Origin: Escherichia phage vB_EcoM-UFV13
Reading direction: 5' to 3' (one strand)
DNA: 64,000 nucleotides
Sequence record: NC_031103.1
The position numbers were made by a program, and so were the translations under genes. The notes under the pieces were generated by a model that had not been told where the DNA came from, made no database searches, and was given only the letters and a program-made list of their open reading frames with translations. Each line of letters opens with the position of its first letter. Position 1 is the stretch's first letter. Below are positions 19,151 to 28,848 of the stretch, in pieces.

Positions 19151-19393
19151 CTATTTTACTATCATCAATAACTGTTTCTCTAACTTGACTATTTTACGAA
19201 AATACCTTTTACACTGACGAATCTGTCGCTTCGTAGGACGTACAGCAAACTTAATAAATTCCACTCGACCAAATGGAGGACTTTCTTCTGCTGGAATATC
19301 TAACACCAATTCCCACGTATCGGCAATAAGTGCTTTGAATTGCGTATTTTTCCTGACGCTATACGGAGTAGGTTTAAATAAAACAATATGCAT
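19151..19393 (-). CDS. hypothetical basic protein
   Basis: ATG at 19393 one nt after dmd stop, preceded by GAGGA. Confidence 0.5.
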   Translation of the reverse strand: MHIVLFKPTPYSVRKNTQFKALIADTWELVLDIPAEESPPFGRVEFIKFAVRPTKRQIRQCKRYFRKIVKLEKQLLMIVK

Positions 19394-19394
19394 A

Positions 19395-19577
19395 TTATCC
19401 TCGGCAATCCACTTCACATACTTTCTTGTCATCAATGAAAGCTTTAACTAATGCTTTATTAACTTCAGCATATTGAGTAGTAGCCCATTGAACGTCATCT
19501 TTCATCATTGTGATTTCTTTAGTAAACATGCTTTCATTCTTAAACCACCCCATAAAAACTACCTTTACCAATTCCAT
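19395..19577 (-). CDS. dmd: Dmd, antitoxin against host RnlA/LsoA RNase toxins
   Basis: 60 aa MELVKVVFMGWFKNESMF... matches T4 Dmd as recalled. Confidence 0.9.
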   Translation of the reverse strand: MELVKVVFMGWFKNESMFTKEITMMKDDVQWATTQYAEVNKALVKAFIDDKKVCEVDCRG

Positions 19578-19606
19578 AACAATCTCCTCATTTAACCAAC
19601 AAGACT

Positions 19607-19636
19607 ACTATACCATAGTCTTGTCAGCTTGTAAAC
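19607..19636 (-). promoter_or_regulatory. early promoter upstream of dmd
   Basis: GTTTAC-18-TATAGT; -35 abuts gene 41 stop. Confidence 0.55.
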
Positions 19637-21063
19637 TAAAATTTTAATTCATTCGCCAAAGCATCTAACTGAGCTCGAGTCGATTCGTTTCTTTGATAGC
19701 GATTCTGTTCAGCCTGAATCTGTTGTGAACCTGCTACCTCACTCACTTCAGTTGGAGTAGAATCTTGTTCAATTTCTACCCATTTCTGATTTCCTTTTTG
19801 AACACCCATCAAAAACTTATTCCACTTATTCTTATCACCATATCGTGATTTGATTTGCTTAATGAGTTGTTGTTCAGCAGCTGCTAACTCCTCAGTTTCA
19901 ATGACCGCAAGCATAAAATCAGCTGTTGCTGGAAGACCGGCAGATTCTGCAATATCGCTCATGTTAACATCGGAAGAGTCCCAAGCTTGTTTACCGACCT
20001 GTGCTGCAGTCCAAAGAACAGTTTCTGTTTCAACAGCCAGAGCACGCAATTCCTCTGCAATAGCTTTAACAGTTGTGTAACTATTTTCTGAATAAACTCT
20101 AATGCGGCAAGATTTACAAATACCTAGATAGTCGACAATAATGATTGTTGGAACAAAATTCTTCTTGAGCTTCAATTCGTTTAAAAGTGATCGAAATGTA
20201 TTAGCATCTGCTCCACCAGTAGGATACTGTTTAACGATTAAACGCCCAAGAGTAGATTTCTCACGCCATTTTTCCATTTTTCCTTTATACTCAGCGTAAG
20301 AAATATGTCCATCATCAATATCGTCAAGAGAAACATCGAGCATATTAGCGTCAATACGTTTAGCACAGACTTCTTCTGCCATTTCCATGGAGATATAAAG
20401 AACGTTATGACCAAGCTGCAAATAATCTGCTGCTAATGAACAAAGTCCTAATGATTTACCAACGTTAACCCCAGCCATTAAAACGTTCAGTGTTCCAGTC
20501 TCAGCTCCGCCTTTAGTAATTTTGTTTAGAATTCTGAGTTTAAATGGAACCTTACGAGCTTTATTCATATAAGATAGCCAACGCGCTTCATAGTCATCCA
20601 TCCAATCATGACCAACGTAGCTATCAAATGAAATTGATAATGCTTGGCGCATGATGTCAGGAATAGCACCTACATCTGGCATTTTCTTATTTCGTTTTTC
20701 CGGAGGAAGCTCAGCATTGGTTTGAATTTCGATTATTTTAGACGTAGCATTAAACATCGCCCTTTGCTGAACATATTTTTCTGTTTCTTTTACTAACCAG
20801 CTGTGGTCTTCTGGAGAATCAGCCAGTTTTGAAATAAGTGTTTTTACACCAGAATATTCTGTTTCAGTAAATGAACTATTTTCTAATGCAACATTTAACG
20901 CATTAATAGATGGAACGCTATGGTACTCATTAACATGAGATTTAATTAATTTGAATGTATTTTTAGCTGGACCACTTTCAAAATATTCTGAATCCATATA
21001 TGGCCAAACTTTTGAAAAATAAGCTTGATCAAATATAAGATGAGAAAGAATAATTTCTACCAC
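19636..21063 (-). CDS. 41: replicative DNA helicase gp41 (DnaB-like)
   Basis: 475 aa; Walker A GVNVGKS; matches T4 gp41. Confidence 0.9.
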   Translation of the reverse strand: MVEIILSHLIFDQAYFSKVWPYMDSEYFESGPAKNTFKLIKSHVNEYHSVPSINALNVALENSSFTETEYSGVKTLISKLADSPEDHSWLVKETEKYVQQRAMFNATSKIIEIQTNAELPPEKRNKKMPDVGAIPDIMRQALSISFDSYVGHDWMDDYEARWLSYMNKARKVPFKLRILNKITKGGAETGTLNVLMAGVNVGKSLGLCSLAADYLQLGHNVLYISMEMAEEVCAKRIDANMLDVSLDDIDDGHISYAEYKGKMEKWREKSTLGRLIVKQYPTGGADANTFRSLLNELKLKKNFVPTIIIVDYLGICKSCRIRVYSENSYTTVKAIAEELRALAVETETVLWTAAQVGKQAWDSSDVNMSDIAESAGLPATADFMLAVIETEELAAAEQQLIKQIKSRYGDKNKWNKFLMGVQKGNQKWVEIEQDSTPTEVSEVAGSQQIQAEQNRYQRNESTRAQLDALANELKF

Positions 21064-21072
21064 ACTTACTCC

Positions 21073-21435
21073 TTAAAAGAATTTAAATTTTTTCTTTGAC
21101 CTTTTATTAAATGCATCTTGCAGTTGCATTGTAATACATTTTTCTACATGAGGAGCTAACTCAGCTTTTCTTTCTTGGTCAAGAACAGCAAAGCCCATTA
21201 CAACCTTTCCATCAACCCAATCTAATTTTGTCACATACACTATATGTGTAGAACCATCTTCTAGTTTAATGACAATCTCCTGGATAACATTTTCCATGGC
21301 AGATTTAATTATTTTAAGAGATTCATTAAAAAGACGTTCTTTTCTTTCTTCTTCCCCCTCCGAAGAGGGGGATTCATCGATAATTTCTAGATCTAAATCT
21401 AAATCATCTTTATTCATTAAATTCTTCCATATCAC
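21073..21435 (-). CDS. 40: gp40-like protein
   Basis: 120-aa ORF between 41 and uvsX as in T4. Confidence 0.6.
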   Translation of the reverse strand: MIWKNLMNKDDLDLDLEIIDESPSSEGEEERKERLFNESLKIIKSAMENVIQEIVIKLEDGSTHIVYVTKLDWVDGKVVMGFAVLDQERKAELAPHVEKCITMQLQDAFNKRSKKKFKFF

Positions 21436-22591
21436 TTAACTGATCTAGGTCAGTTTCTAAATCAGCTGCTGATTTACTTTTACTTTCTGGAGATTTAAAT
21501 TTTTCAACTTTTGAGTTAATCAATTCATCAACTTCCGCTTCAACAATTTCATTACTATCAATAGCACCTAACTGATAAGCACGTTTAATAGCATCTCGGA
21601 ACGGTTGATGCTTAAATAAAGGACCCCAGAATGTAGTGCAGTTGGTATCTTTTGCACGCCAAGATTTTTCTTCGCGAATCATCTCGCCGGTTTCTTCATC
21701 AAGAAATTCACGAGCATACCAACCATTTTTAGGTTTTACAACAAATCCTAATTCTAGAGCCATATCTAACAATCCAGAATAAGGATCGATACCACCGTCA
21801 AATTTAACATCAATAAAGAATTTACTTTTTTCTTTAACGGTACGAGATTTTTCTACATTTAGAACAAATTGATACCCCTGAAGATCAGAACCATCTTTAA
21901 TCTGACGCTTACCGATAATGAATACGGTATCAGCCGAATACATTACGCCTGTACCACCTGTCATCACGGTTTTACTGAACATTTCAATTGTTTCAATTGT
22001 ATGGTTAACCGCAACACATGGAATATTTTTAATACTAAAATAAGGAGTAACAATACGGAATAATGACTTCAGTGATTTAGCGCGAGTCATATCTGCCACA
22101 GATTTTTCATTCAAGGCATCTTCCGTTTCTTTCTTAGAAGCCATATTACCGATTGAGTCGATGAATACAATAACCTTTTCACCACGCTCAATAGCTTCAA
22201 GCTGATTCACCATGTCAATTTTCAGTTGTTCAACTGACTGGATTGGTGTATGAATTACTCGTTCCGGGTCAACTCCCATGGATCGCAAATAAGCTGGAGT
22301 AATACCAAATTCGCTATCATAGAATAGACACACCGCGTCAGGATATTTGTTCAAATATGCCGCAACCATAGTCAAAGACATATTTGATTTAAAGTGTTTA
22401 GAAGGCCCTGCGAAAATAGTTAAACCAGACTGCATACCGCCATCAATCGCACCAGAAATAGCAATATTAAGCATTGGAATTTTTGTACGAATTACATCCT
22501 TTTCATTAAAGAATTTAGATGTAGTCAGTTCAGCAGTCATTTTAGAAGTGGAAGCTTTAATCAAACGGGATTTTAAATCTGCAATAGACAT
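21410..22591 (-). CDS. uvsX: UvsX recombinase (RecA-like)
   Basis: 393 aa; near-identical to T4 UvsX as recalled. Confidence 0.95.
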   Translation of the reverse strand: MSIADLKSRLIKASTSKMTAELTTSKFFNEKDVIRTKIPMLNIAISGAIDGGMQSGLTIFAGPSKHFKSNMSLTMVAAYLNKYPDAVCLFYDSEFGITPAYLRSMGVDPERVIHTPIQSVEQLKIDMVNQLEAIERGEKVIVFIDSIGNMASKKETEDALNEKSVADMTRAKSLKSLFRIVTPYFSIKNIPCVAVNHTIETIEMFSKTVMTGGTGVMYSADTVFIIGKRQIKDGSDLQGYQFVLNVEKSRTVKEKSKFFIDVKFDGGIDPYSGLLDMALELGFVVKPKNGWYAREFLDEETGEMIREEKSWRAKDTNCTTFWGPLFKHQPFRDAIKRAYQLGAIDSNEIVEAEVDELINSKVEKFKSPESKSKSAADLETDLDQLSDMEEFNE

Positions 22592-22668
22592 TCATTTTTT
22601 CCATAGGCATCATTATATTTTCCTCACTGGTTAAAGATAGAGTAATTATAACACAATAAATTTAGGCA

Positions 22669-23517
22669 TTAATCAACTGCTATTGGATGAATAGCATTAA
22701 ACTTATGAAATGCTTCTGATTTTTCTTTGCGCGAAACACACATGCGAAGAACCTTTAATGGTTCATCTTCTTCACCCAACGATTTTCGTTTTTCAATATT
22801 AGAAGTTTTCCAACGAGCTTGCTCTGGAAACTCTCTATTGATTTGCTCAAGCGCTCTATTATGTTTAGAATTACTGCGAATTGAACTGCACCCGCCAGGA
22901 GCTTGTGCTTTTCCAGATACAACCAGATATTTGAACAAGGCCAAATGCGGATAACCTTGATTAATTAAATTGAGAAATGCATACATATCTTCACATAAAT
23001 CAATTTTTCCATACCCAATTTGTTCTGTCGTAAGTTTTCCGAGGTCATACCATGTATTCGTGAATCCATATGAATTTTCACGATAATTACCCCAAGATGA
23101 AGTAATTTTAAAAATAGGTAGACGAGCATGGCCATGATAATACCCGCAATCCATGGCATCCTCAACATATTGAATCAATTCATAGAACTGTTCACGAGTC
23201 AATTGATTGACTTTATTCACACAACGACGATCATCTCTTTTTCGCATTGAACTCATACGAATAGTAGTATCATCGTCAATCATCCAGATTCGTTGACCTG
23301 CATACATATCAGTAATTGCTTTACGAGTACCAGCAATTCCGTTTACATCATCAGGAATAGTTACAATTTTAGCTCTAGACCCGTAAGCGTCATTATAAGC
23401 TTTTTCTTCATGTTCACGTACTACAATATGAGGTTCATAATCAGTAGGAAACATATCAAGGGCAGAAACTGCCCCAACACGCTGATAGCTTGGAATTACG
23501 AATTGAATCATTTCCAC
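22669..23517 (-). CDS. GT-A-type glycosyltransferase at the beta-gt locus (probably beta-glucosyl-HMC-alpha-glucosyltransferase type)
   Basis: 282 aa; DxD motif (IWMIDDDTTI); sits between uvsX and 42; unlike T4 beta-gt as recalled. Confidence 0.6.
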   Translation of the reverse strand: MEMIQFVIPSYQRVGAVSALDMFPTDYEPHIVVREHEEKAYNDAYGSRAKIVTIPDDVNGIAGTRKAITDMYAGQRIWMIDDDTTIRMSSMRKRDDRRCVNKVNQLTREQFYELIQYVEDAMDCGYYHGHARLPIFKITSSWGNYRENSYGFTNTWYDLGKLTTEQIGYGKIDLCEDMYAFLNLINQGYPHLALFKYLVVSGKAQAPGGCSSIRSNSKHNRALEQINREFPEQARWKTSNIEKRKSLGEEDEPLKVLRMCVSRKEKSEAFHKFNAIHPIAVD

Positions 23518-24248
23518 TCACCGTTATAATCTTTTTTCACAATATGAGTTTCGCCAGTATTCCACCAATGATCAACCAAGTAAAAATGACGAGAATATAC
23601 ATGAAGACTTCCAACATTCCATATAATAGAACCTGCTTTATACTGACGAGTTGAATCGCCGGCATTCAAATCAGATACTAATTTATCTAATACGTATTTT
23701 TGCCATGCATAATCATTACGGAATCCGAAGACCACATCATTTGAGCGCATGCTTACTACTGCATTGACTTTCTTATCACGAATCAGATACTGTACTGTAT
23801 TCGTACACATGAAATCTGACATACCATCTTTATTGTAGTCAAATTGCATTGATGGACGAGTATAAATCATGATACCACGTCGAGAATCAGGATTTTGACC
23901 AAGTTCAGCTAAACACATATCATATTGAGCATAGTTATCTTCTGACCAGATAGCCCAACCATAATTCGAGTTAATTTCGCCTTTAGAAGATGCTACCTGC
24001 TGCCAAATCTTTGGTGTTTCACCTGGAATATCTTTAACAAACAAGCTCTTAGATTTATACCATTCAAGTTCACGTTGAATGTATTCATCATTAAGAGCGC
24101 CAAAAATAAACGGTTCATCTGCTACAAATGATGCGCCAATAATTTCAATAGTTTTAACACCAGTTTTATCAACTACGAAATCTTTTTCTTTTAATGCAAG
24201 CCCCAAATGAAGACGGATTTCTTCAACTGTCATAGAGTCACTAATCAT
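23508..24248 (-). CDS. 42: dCMP hydroxymethylase gp42
   Basis: 246 aa thymidylate-synthase-like; matches T4 gp42. Confidence 0.9.
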   Translation of the reverse strand: MISDSMTVEEIRLHLGLALKEKDFVVDKTGVKTIEIIGASFVADEPFIFGALNDEYIQRELEWYKSKSLFVKDIPGETPKIWQQVASSKGEINSNYGWAIWSEDNYAQYDMCLAELGQNPDSRRGIMIYTRPSMQFDYNKDGMSDFMCTNTVQYLIRDKKVNAVVSMRSNDVVFGFRNDYAWQKYVLDKLVSDLNAGDSTRQYKAGSIIWNVGSLHVYSRHFYLVDHWWNTGETHIVKKDYNGEWK

Positions 24249-24255
24249 TTAAACC

Positions 24256-24405
24256 TCAATTGATACATTCATATTTAACTTGTAACAGTAATAAACCCCA
24301 ACCTAAAATAATAGTTGGAATCATAAGAGGAACCGTTACACTATAGTATATACTTATTATAATCATCAAGATTAAAAGCAACACTGCCATAATTTTGCTT
24401 TTCAT
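24256..24405 (-). CDS. small hydrophobic peptide
   Basis: 49 aa, hand-translated; ATGA overlap with imm stop; coordinates approximate. Confidence 0.35.
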   Translation of the reverse strand: MKSKIMAVLLLILMIIISIYYSVTVPLMIPTIILGWGLLLLQVKYECIN

Positions 24406-24653
24406 TCTTTCTCTCTGATGATAATTACTTGATTTGGCTGTGCAGCCTTTTTAGTTTCACCCGCAATTGACCAAATAAATGTAATAAACCAACCAATAAT
24501 TGACCAGTTAAACAGCAAAGATGTGAAAAAGATTCCTACTGTCGATTTTGACCCACGCATCAAGGCGATAAACCATGGAAGCATGTATATAATAATAGCC
24601 AACACACCTGAAACTAAAACCATAAAAATTGAACCTGCTACTAAAGTTTCCAT
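24402..24653 (-). CDS. imm: Imm superinfection immunity membrane protein
   Basis: 83 aa, two predicted TM helices; position as T4 imm. Confidence 0.75.
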   Translation of the reverse strand: METLVAGSIFMVLVSGVLAIIIYMLPWFIALMRGSKSTVGIFFTSLLFNWSIIGWFITFIWSIAGETKKAAQPNQVIIIREKE

Positions 24654-24660
24654 GTTTTCC

Positions 24661-25041
24661 TCACTTAGTCAAATTTTTTACGCATGAATTATAAGAATTC
24701 ACTACATACTCCATCGGAGCATTTTTACCAGTACGCCATTGGTAATTATTAGCCCAATTAGCCCAAAGCTCGGCGCAGTAGTTTTCAATTTTTTCTTCGC
24801 GTGTAATTACATCAGAATTACGATATGCTTGAGCAGATTCATCTGGACGAATAGCTTCGTCAAAATTCGCCTGCATTTGTTCTACTGTTTGCTTTGGAGC
24901 TTCTTTATAACACTTGACATTAGGATTATAAAACTTGCTTGAACAGTTTACAATTTTTCCTACATCAGATTGATTTACTACCGGTCCTTGAGCTACACAA
25001 CCAGTAAGACCTAATGCAATAACCAAAATAGCAATTTTCAT
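24661..25041 (-). CDS. predicted lipoprotein
   Basis: 126 aa; signal peptide with lipobox LTGC. Confidence 0.5.
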   Translation of the reverse strand: MKIAILVIALGLTGCVAQGPVVNQSDVGKIVNCSSKFYNPNVKCYKEAPKQTVEQMQANFDEAIRPDESAQAYRNSDVITREEKIENYCAELWANWANNYQWRTGKNAPMEYVVNSYNSCVKNLTK

Positions 25042-25053
25042 AATAATTTCCTC

Positions 25054-25305
25054 TTAAAACTTAACAAATAACTTTAAAGCATCTTCAGTTTTAATTCCTT
25101 TTCTTACACCTATAACAGAAATTGGCTGTGACTGAAATTTTCCTTTACCATTATAAATTTCTAATCCAGTAACCATTCCATTTTGTTCTATAATACCGTA
25201 AGTGTTACCTTCATTTTCAAATTCTTTAACTTTAAAGAGTTTATTAGCTTTTTCTGCGTTAACAACTTTTAAATTTTGAATAAAATTAGTTTGAATATTT
25301 TTCAT
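25054..25305 (-). CDS. hypothetical small protein
   Basis: 83 aa; GGAGGA SD; conserved promoter-leader cassette upstream. Confidence 0.55.
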   Translation of the reverse strand: MKNIQTNFIQNLKVVNAEKANKLFKVKEFENEGNTYGIIEQNGMVTGLEIYNGKGKFQSQPISVIGVRKGIKTEDALKLFVKF

Positions 25306-25342
25306 TTTGTGTTCCTCCGTAGTTGATAGTTGTATAGTACCA
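25301..25342 (-). repeat. 42-bp exact direct repeat, copy 1 (promoter -10 to start codon)
   Basis: Identical to 50258-50299. Confidence 0.7.
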
Positions 25343-25363
25343 TGGAAGAACAGTCCTGTAAAC
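25334..25363 (-). promoter_or_regulatory. early promoter with conserved leader cassette
   Basis: GTTTAC-18-TACTATACAACTATCAAC...GGAGGA. Confidence 0.55.
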
Positions 25364-25450
25364 AGTTTTGTGAAAAATTTTTTAGGGAATACAAAGGGTC
25401 CAGAATCATCTCTTTTTCATAAGTATAGATTTATATTACTTGTGTGAAAA

Positions 25451-25468
25451 AGGGACCCGGAGGTCCCT
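25451..25468 (-). terminator. RNA hairpin after gene 43
   Basis: agggacc-cgga-ggtccct. Confidence 0.55.
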
Positions 25469-25480
25469 AGATTTATTCTA

Positions 25481-28177
25481 TCAGCCAAACAGGAAGTCTA
25501 ACGAAGCTTTTTCTTCATAGTCCATACCAGCCGATTCACACATACCCGCAAGCGGTTTAACAAACGATTTTTGGAACAAAGTTGAGTAGTCAATCCAAGA
25601 CAGTACGTCAGAACGAATTTCTTTTGGAAGTTCTGTTCCCGACGGCCAAGCAATGCACTTGTCACCAAATGGATTTCCTTCACGTAATGGAAGAACCATT
25701 ACTTTATTTCCATCCAAAATTGGAGCTACACCCAGACCATTAACAGCTCGACGATAAGTTAGCACACCACGAATATGGAACGGACATTTAAATCCTGGCC
25801 AACCTTTATCATCATATTTCGCTATATCGTTCGCAGTTTTTACTTCAGCAATAACTTTATAGTCAAGTTGACGATATTCTTTCTCAAAGTTCTTATAATA
25901 TTCTTGGACAGACTCTTCGCCTTCCTGAAGAATACGACGAATACTTTCTTCGAGAGCTTCTTGGACCGCTTTAGGCGTTGAACTTTGCTGAGTTTCCATA
26001 CCCATGATTTTTAGATGCGGTTCAGCAAATCGCTTATCTTCCATATCATAAACGTTCAGAGCATAACGTTTTTTCGCTTTCCAAAATCCACCAACGCCCT
26101 TTGAACCAAGCGGAGGGCAAGAAATAGCTTCACGGTCCATATGCATCAGATGCTCGCGGTTATTCATATAATCACATAACTCGCGATATGCAACATCAAT
26201 CATAGGTTCCATCTTTTTCTTACCGAACTGATTCATAAATTCAACCAAATCGTTCTGTTCTTTGAATCGGTCAAGACCTACTTTTTCAATAACTTTATCT
26301 ACACAAACATATACAGAATCAGTATCACCTGCTGCGATGAAATCTTCGCCATTAGTTCCACATACTTTATTCAGATACTCATTAATTTTACGAGCAATCC
26401 ACTGAATACCAACTTGACCAAAAATTGTGATAGCAGTAGCATTTCGCAAATCATAGTAACGGAAATGAATATTACCAAGAGCACCGTAAAGGCTGTTAAT
26501 AAGAATTTTACGGTTCAGCTGATTTGTATTAGCAAGTGTAGCCGCTTTTTCACATTCTTCAATCAAACTATTGAGAACAGATTCAGTATAATTCGATAGT
26601 TCATTTAAGAAATCATCACTGAACTTAACATATCGTTCAACTTCAGGTTTAGTTGAACAAGACCCTGCGCCTTTCATAATAATCTTTTTAATAGCTTCGG
26701 CATTCATTTCTTCAGCGAACATTTTCTTTTTCCAATCTTTACGCTGGAAAAATACTTTAGCGATTTCCTTTGGAATGATACCTTCTTGATGCTTATCATA
26801 CATCCATCCATTCGGAGAACAAGAATATTCATCACTCGGTTTAGGAGCTGTTCCTGCGATATATTCATGAATTGGATGAACTTTAAACTGACCACGAATA
26901 GTCTCAGGACTAATGTTAACCTGACGAATAATGCTAGGATACAGAGACGTCAAGTCAAAACTCATAATATATCGACGAGCAATTGGTTTAGGTTCAAACA
27001 CAAATGCACCCGGAAAACTCTGTTTAACGTGCGAACCTTGTTGAGGAATAACCTTATGTTCACCTTTCAATGAGTTAAAAATAATAGCATCCCAGGTTTT
27101 AATAGGACTCATTACACCAGAAAAAGGCATTTTAGCGTAATAAGACATACTTAAAACTAGATCGATAAACCCGCGAATTTTATCAATTGCTTGAACTGAT
27201 TCTACGTCAATGATGTTATAACTAATGTATCGTTGATGATTAGTCTCACGAAGTTTATTAATAGGACCGTCGTATGGTAATTTACCTTTTTTGGTTTCAT
27301 GCTGAGCAACTGATTCCAAAGAGAATGACGGCAAATTAGTAAATGCGAATTTCTTATACAAATCTAAATAATCAAGAATAGATACGCCATCAATAGAATA
27401 AATTTCTTTGCTACCGTACATATTTTGGATAAGTTTAGATTTTACTCGACCGATTGGAGAGAAGCGTTTCATACTACGTTCACCGAGAACCATTTTAACG
27501 CGATTCATGATATACGGAACGTCAAATCCCTCAATATTCCAACCAGTAAAAATAGCAGGTCGTTTCTGTTCCCAGAGATTGATATATTCCATGAGCATAT
27601 CACGCTCATTATCGAATGGCATATAAATTACTCGGTCAAGAATTTCTTGAGGAACTTCATCACCACCTTCACAGTCAAGCTTAGCAGCTAACTTTGCATC
27701 CCATTTTGATACTGAACCATACATTGAATTCAAAAGGTCGAAAACATAAAAACGATCATCAATTGAATCGTAATGAGTGATAGCATCAATTTCATATTCA
27801 GCTTTCATTGGGTCAGGAAATTTATCACCAGTAACCTCAATATCACAGTTAGCTACACGAACAAATTTTCGGTCATAAACAATTTCTGAACCATATGTAT
27901 CACTGATATAAGCGAGTTTAAAATCGTTCATACCGAGAGCTTCGAGACCGATGTCTTCCATTCGTTTCATCCAATCTCGAGCATCTTTCATTGATGGAAA
28001 TTTTTGAGGAGCGCAGTTTTTACCATAAATGTCTTTGTACTTTGACTCTTCCTTACAATGCCTAAACATAGTTGGAAGATATTCTACTTCACGAGTACGT
28101 TCCTTTCCGTTTTCATCAATATAACGTTCAACAATGTTATTTCCGACTGTTTCAATAGAGATATAAAATTCTTTCAT
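25481..28177 (-). CDS. 43: DNA polymerase gp43 (family B)
   Basis: 898 aa; exonuclease and polymerase motifs incl. DTDS; matches T4 gp43. Confidence 0.95.
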   Translation of the reverse strand: MKEFYISIETVGNNIVERYIDENGKERTREVEYLPTMFRHCKEESKYKDIYGKNCAPQKFPSMKDARDWMKRMEDIGLEALGMNDFKLAYISDTYGSEIVYDRKFVRVANCDIEVTGDKFPDPMKAEYEIDAITHYDSIDDRFYVFDLLNSMYGSVSKWDAKLAAKLDCEGGDEVPQEILDRVIYMPFDNERDMLMEYINLWEQKRPAIFTGWNIEGFDVPYIMNRVKMVLGERSMKRFSPIGRVKSKLIQNMYGSKEIYSIDGVSILDYLDLYKKFAFTNLPSFSLESVAQHETKKGKLPYDGPINKLRETNHQRYISYNIIDVESVQAIDKIRGFIDLVLSMSYYAKMPFSGVMSPIKTWDAIIFNSLKGEHKVIPQQGSHVKQSFPGAFVFEPKPIARRYIMSFDLTSLYPSIIRQVNISPETIRGQFKVHPIHEYIAGTAPKPSDEYSCSPNGWMYDKHQEGIIPKEIAKVFFQRKDWKKKMFAEEMNAEAIKKIIMKGAGSCSTKPEVERYVKFSDDFLNELSNYTESVLNSLIEECEKAATLANTNQLNRKILINSLYGALGNIHFRYYDLRNATAITIFGQVGIQWIARKINEYLNKVCGTNGEDFIAAGDTDSVYVCVDKVIEKVGLDRFKEQNDLVEFMNQFGKKKMEPMIDVAYRELCDYMNNREHLMHMDREAISCPPLGSKGVGGFWKAKKRYALNVYDMEDKRFAEPHLKIMGMETQQSSTPKAVQEALEESIRRILQEGEESVQEYYKNFEKEYRQLDYKVIAEVKTANDIAKYDDKGWPGFKCPFHIRGVLTYRRAVNGLGVAPILDGNKVMVLPLREGNPFGDKCIAWPSGTELPKEIRSDVLSWIDYSTLFQKSFVKPLAGMCESAGMDYEEKASLDFLFG

Positions 28178-28235
28178 AGATATTCCTTAGTTTATAGCCC
28201 GAGTTATTAGGCTCTTGATATATTATACTCCAAAT

Positions 28236-28253
28236 AAGGGGCCGAAGCCCCTT
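28236..28253 (-). terminator. CUUCGG-type RNA hairpin upstream of gene 43
   Basis: ggggc-cgaa-gcccc. Confidence 0.55.
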
Positions 28254-28255
28254 GC

Positions 28256-28477
28256 TTAAATTAGTACTATTTGTCGGTGAAAAATTGTCATTCCATCTGC
28301 ATTAATTGACTTAACGACTGCAGTAAAATGTTTTTGTTCTGGGTGAACTAATTTTTGAAATTCTACCTGAAATTTTAATTGGAGGTTTTCTGGTAAATCA
28401 AAAAGTGTTTCTGTTGCAGAAAGATTATATTTTTCTTTAAGAGACGCCATGTATTCTTGCGGAGTTATAGCAGTCAT
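28256..28477 (-). CDS. hypothetical small protein between regA and 43
   Basis: ATG at 28477 just after regA stop; 73 aa; CUUCGG hairpin right after stop. Confidence 0.45.
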   Translation of the reverse strand: MTAITPQEYMASLKEKYNLSATETLFDLPENLQLKFQVEFQKLVHPEQKHFTAVVKSINADGMTIFHRQIVLI

Positions 28478-28478
28478 A

Positions 28479-28847
28479 TTAATTACCAATCGTATATTTA
28501 GGAACGAGTTTCCATTCATGTTTTTGTTTAAAAGAAATAACTCGGAAGTTATTAGTTAAATCTTTCATAAAAGTTCTTTGACCAGGGACGATTTCAATCA
28601 GTCCCCAATCTTCTAACAGCCATGCAATCGAATCACGACGAACTTCATCTTCTTCTGTCATTTCAACTTGACGGCCATCCATACGAAGCATTTCTTTAAA
28701 ATGAACGATATAGTATAGTCCTTTTTTCTGAAGAATATGACAGGACTGATACAGAACTTTATCTTTATTATTAGCAATTCCCATACGAGTCAAAGTTTCT
28801 TTTACTTTCAGAAAATCTTCAGGTTTTTTAAGAGTAATTTCAATCAT
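28479..28847 (-). CDS. regA: RegA translational repressor
   Basis: 122 aa; matches T4 RegA as recalled. Confidence 0.9.
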   Translation of the reverse strand: MIEITLKKPEDFLKVKETLTRMGIANNKDKVLYQSCHILQKKGLYYIVHFKEMLRMDGRQVEMTEEDEVRRDSIAWLLEDWGLIEIVPGQRTFMKDLTNNFRVISFKQKHEWKLVPKYTIGN

Positions 28848-28848
28848 T

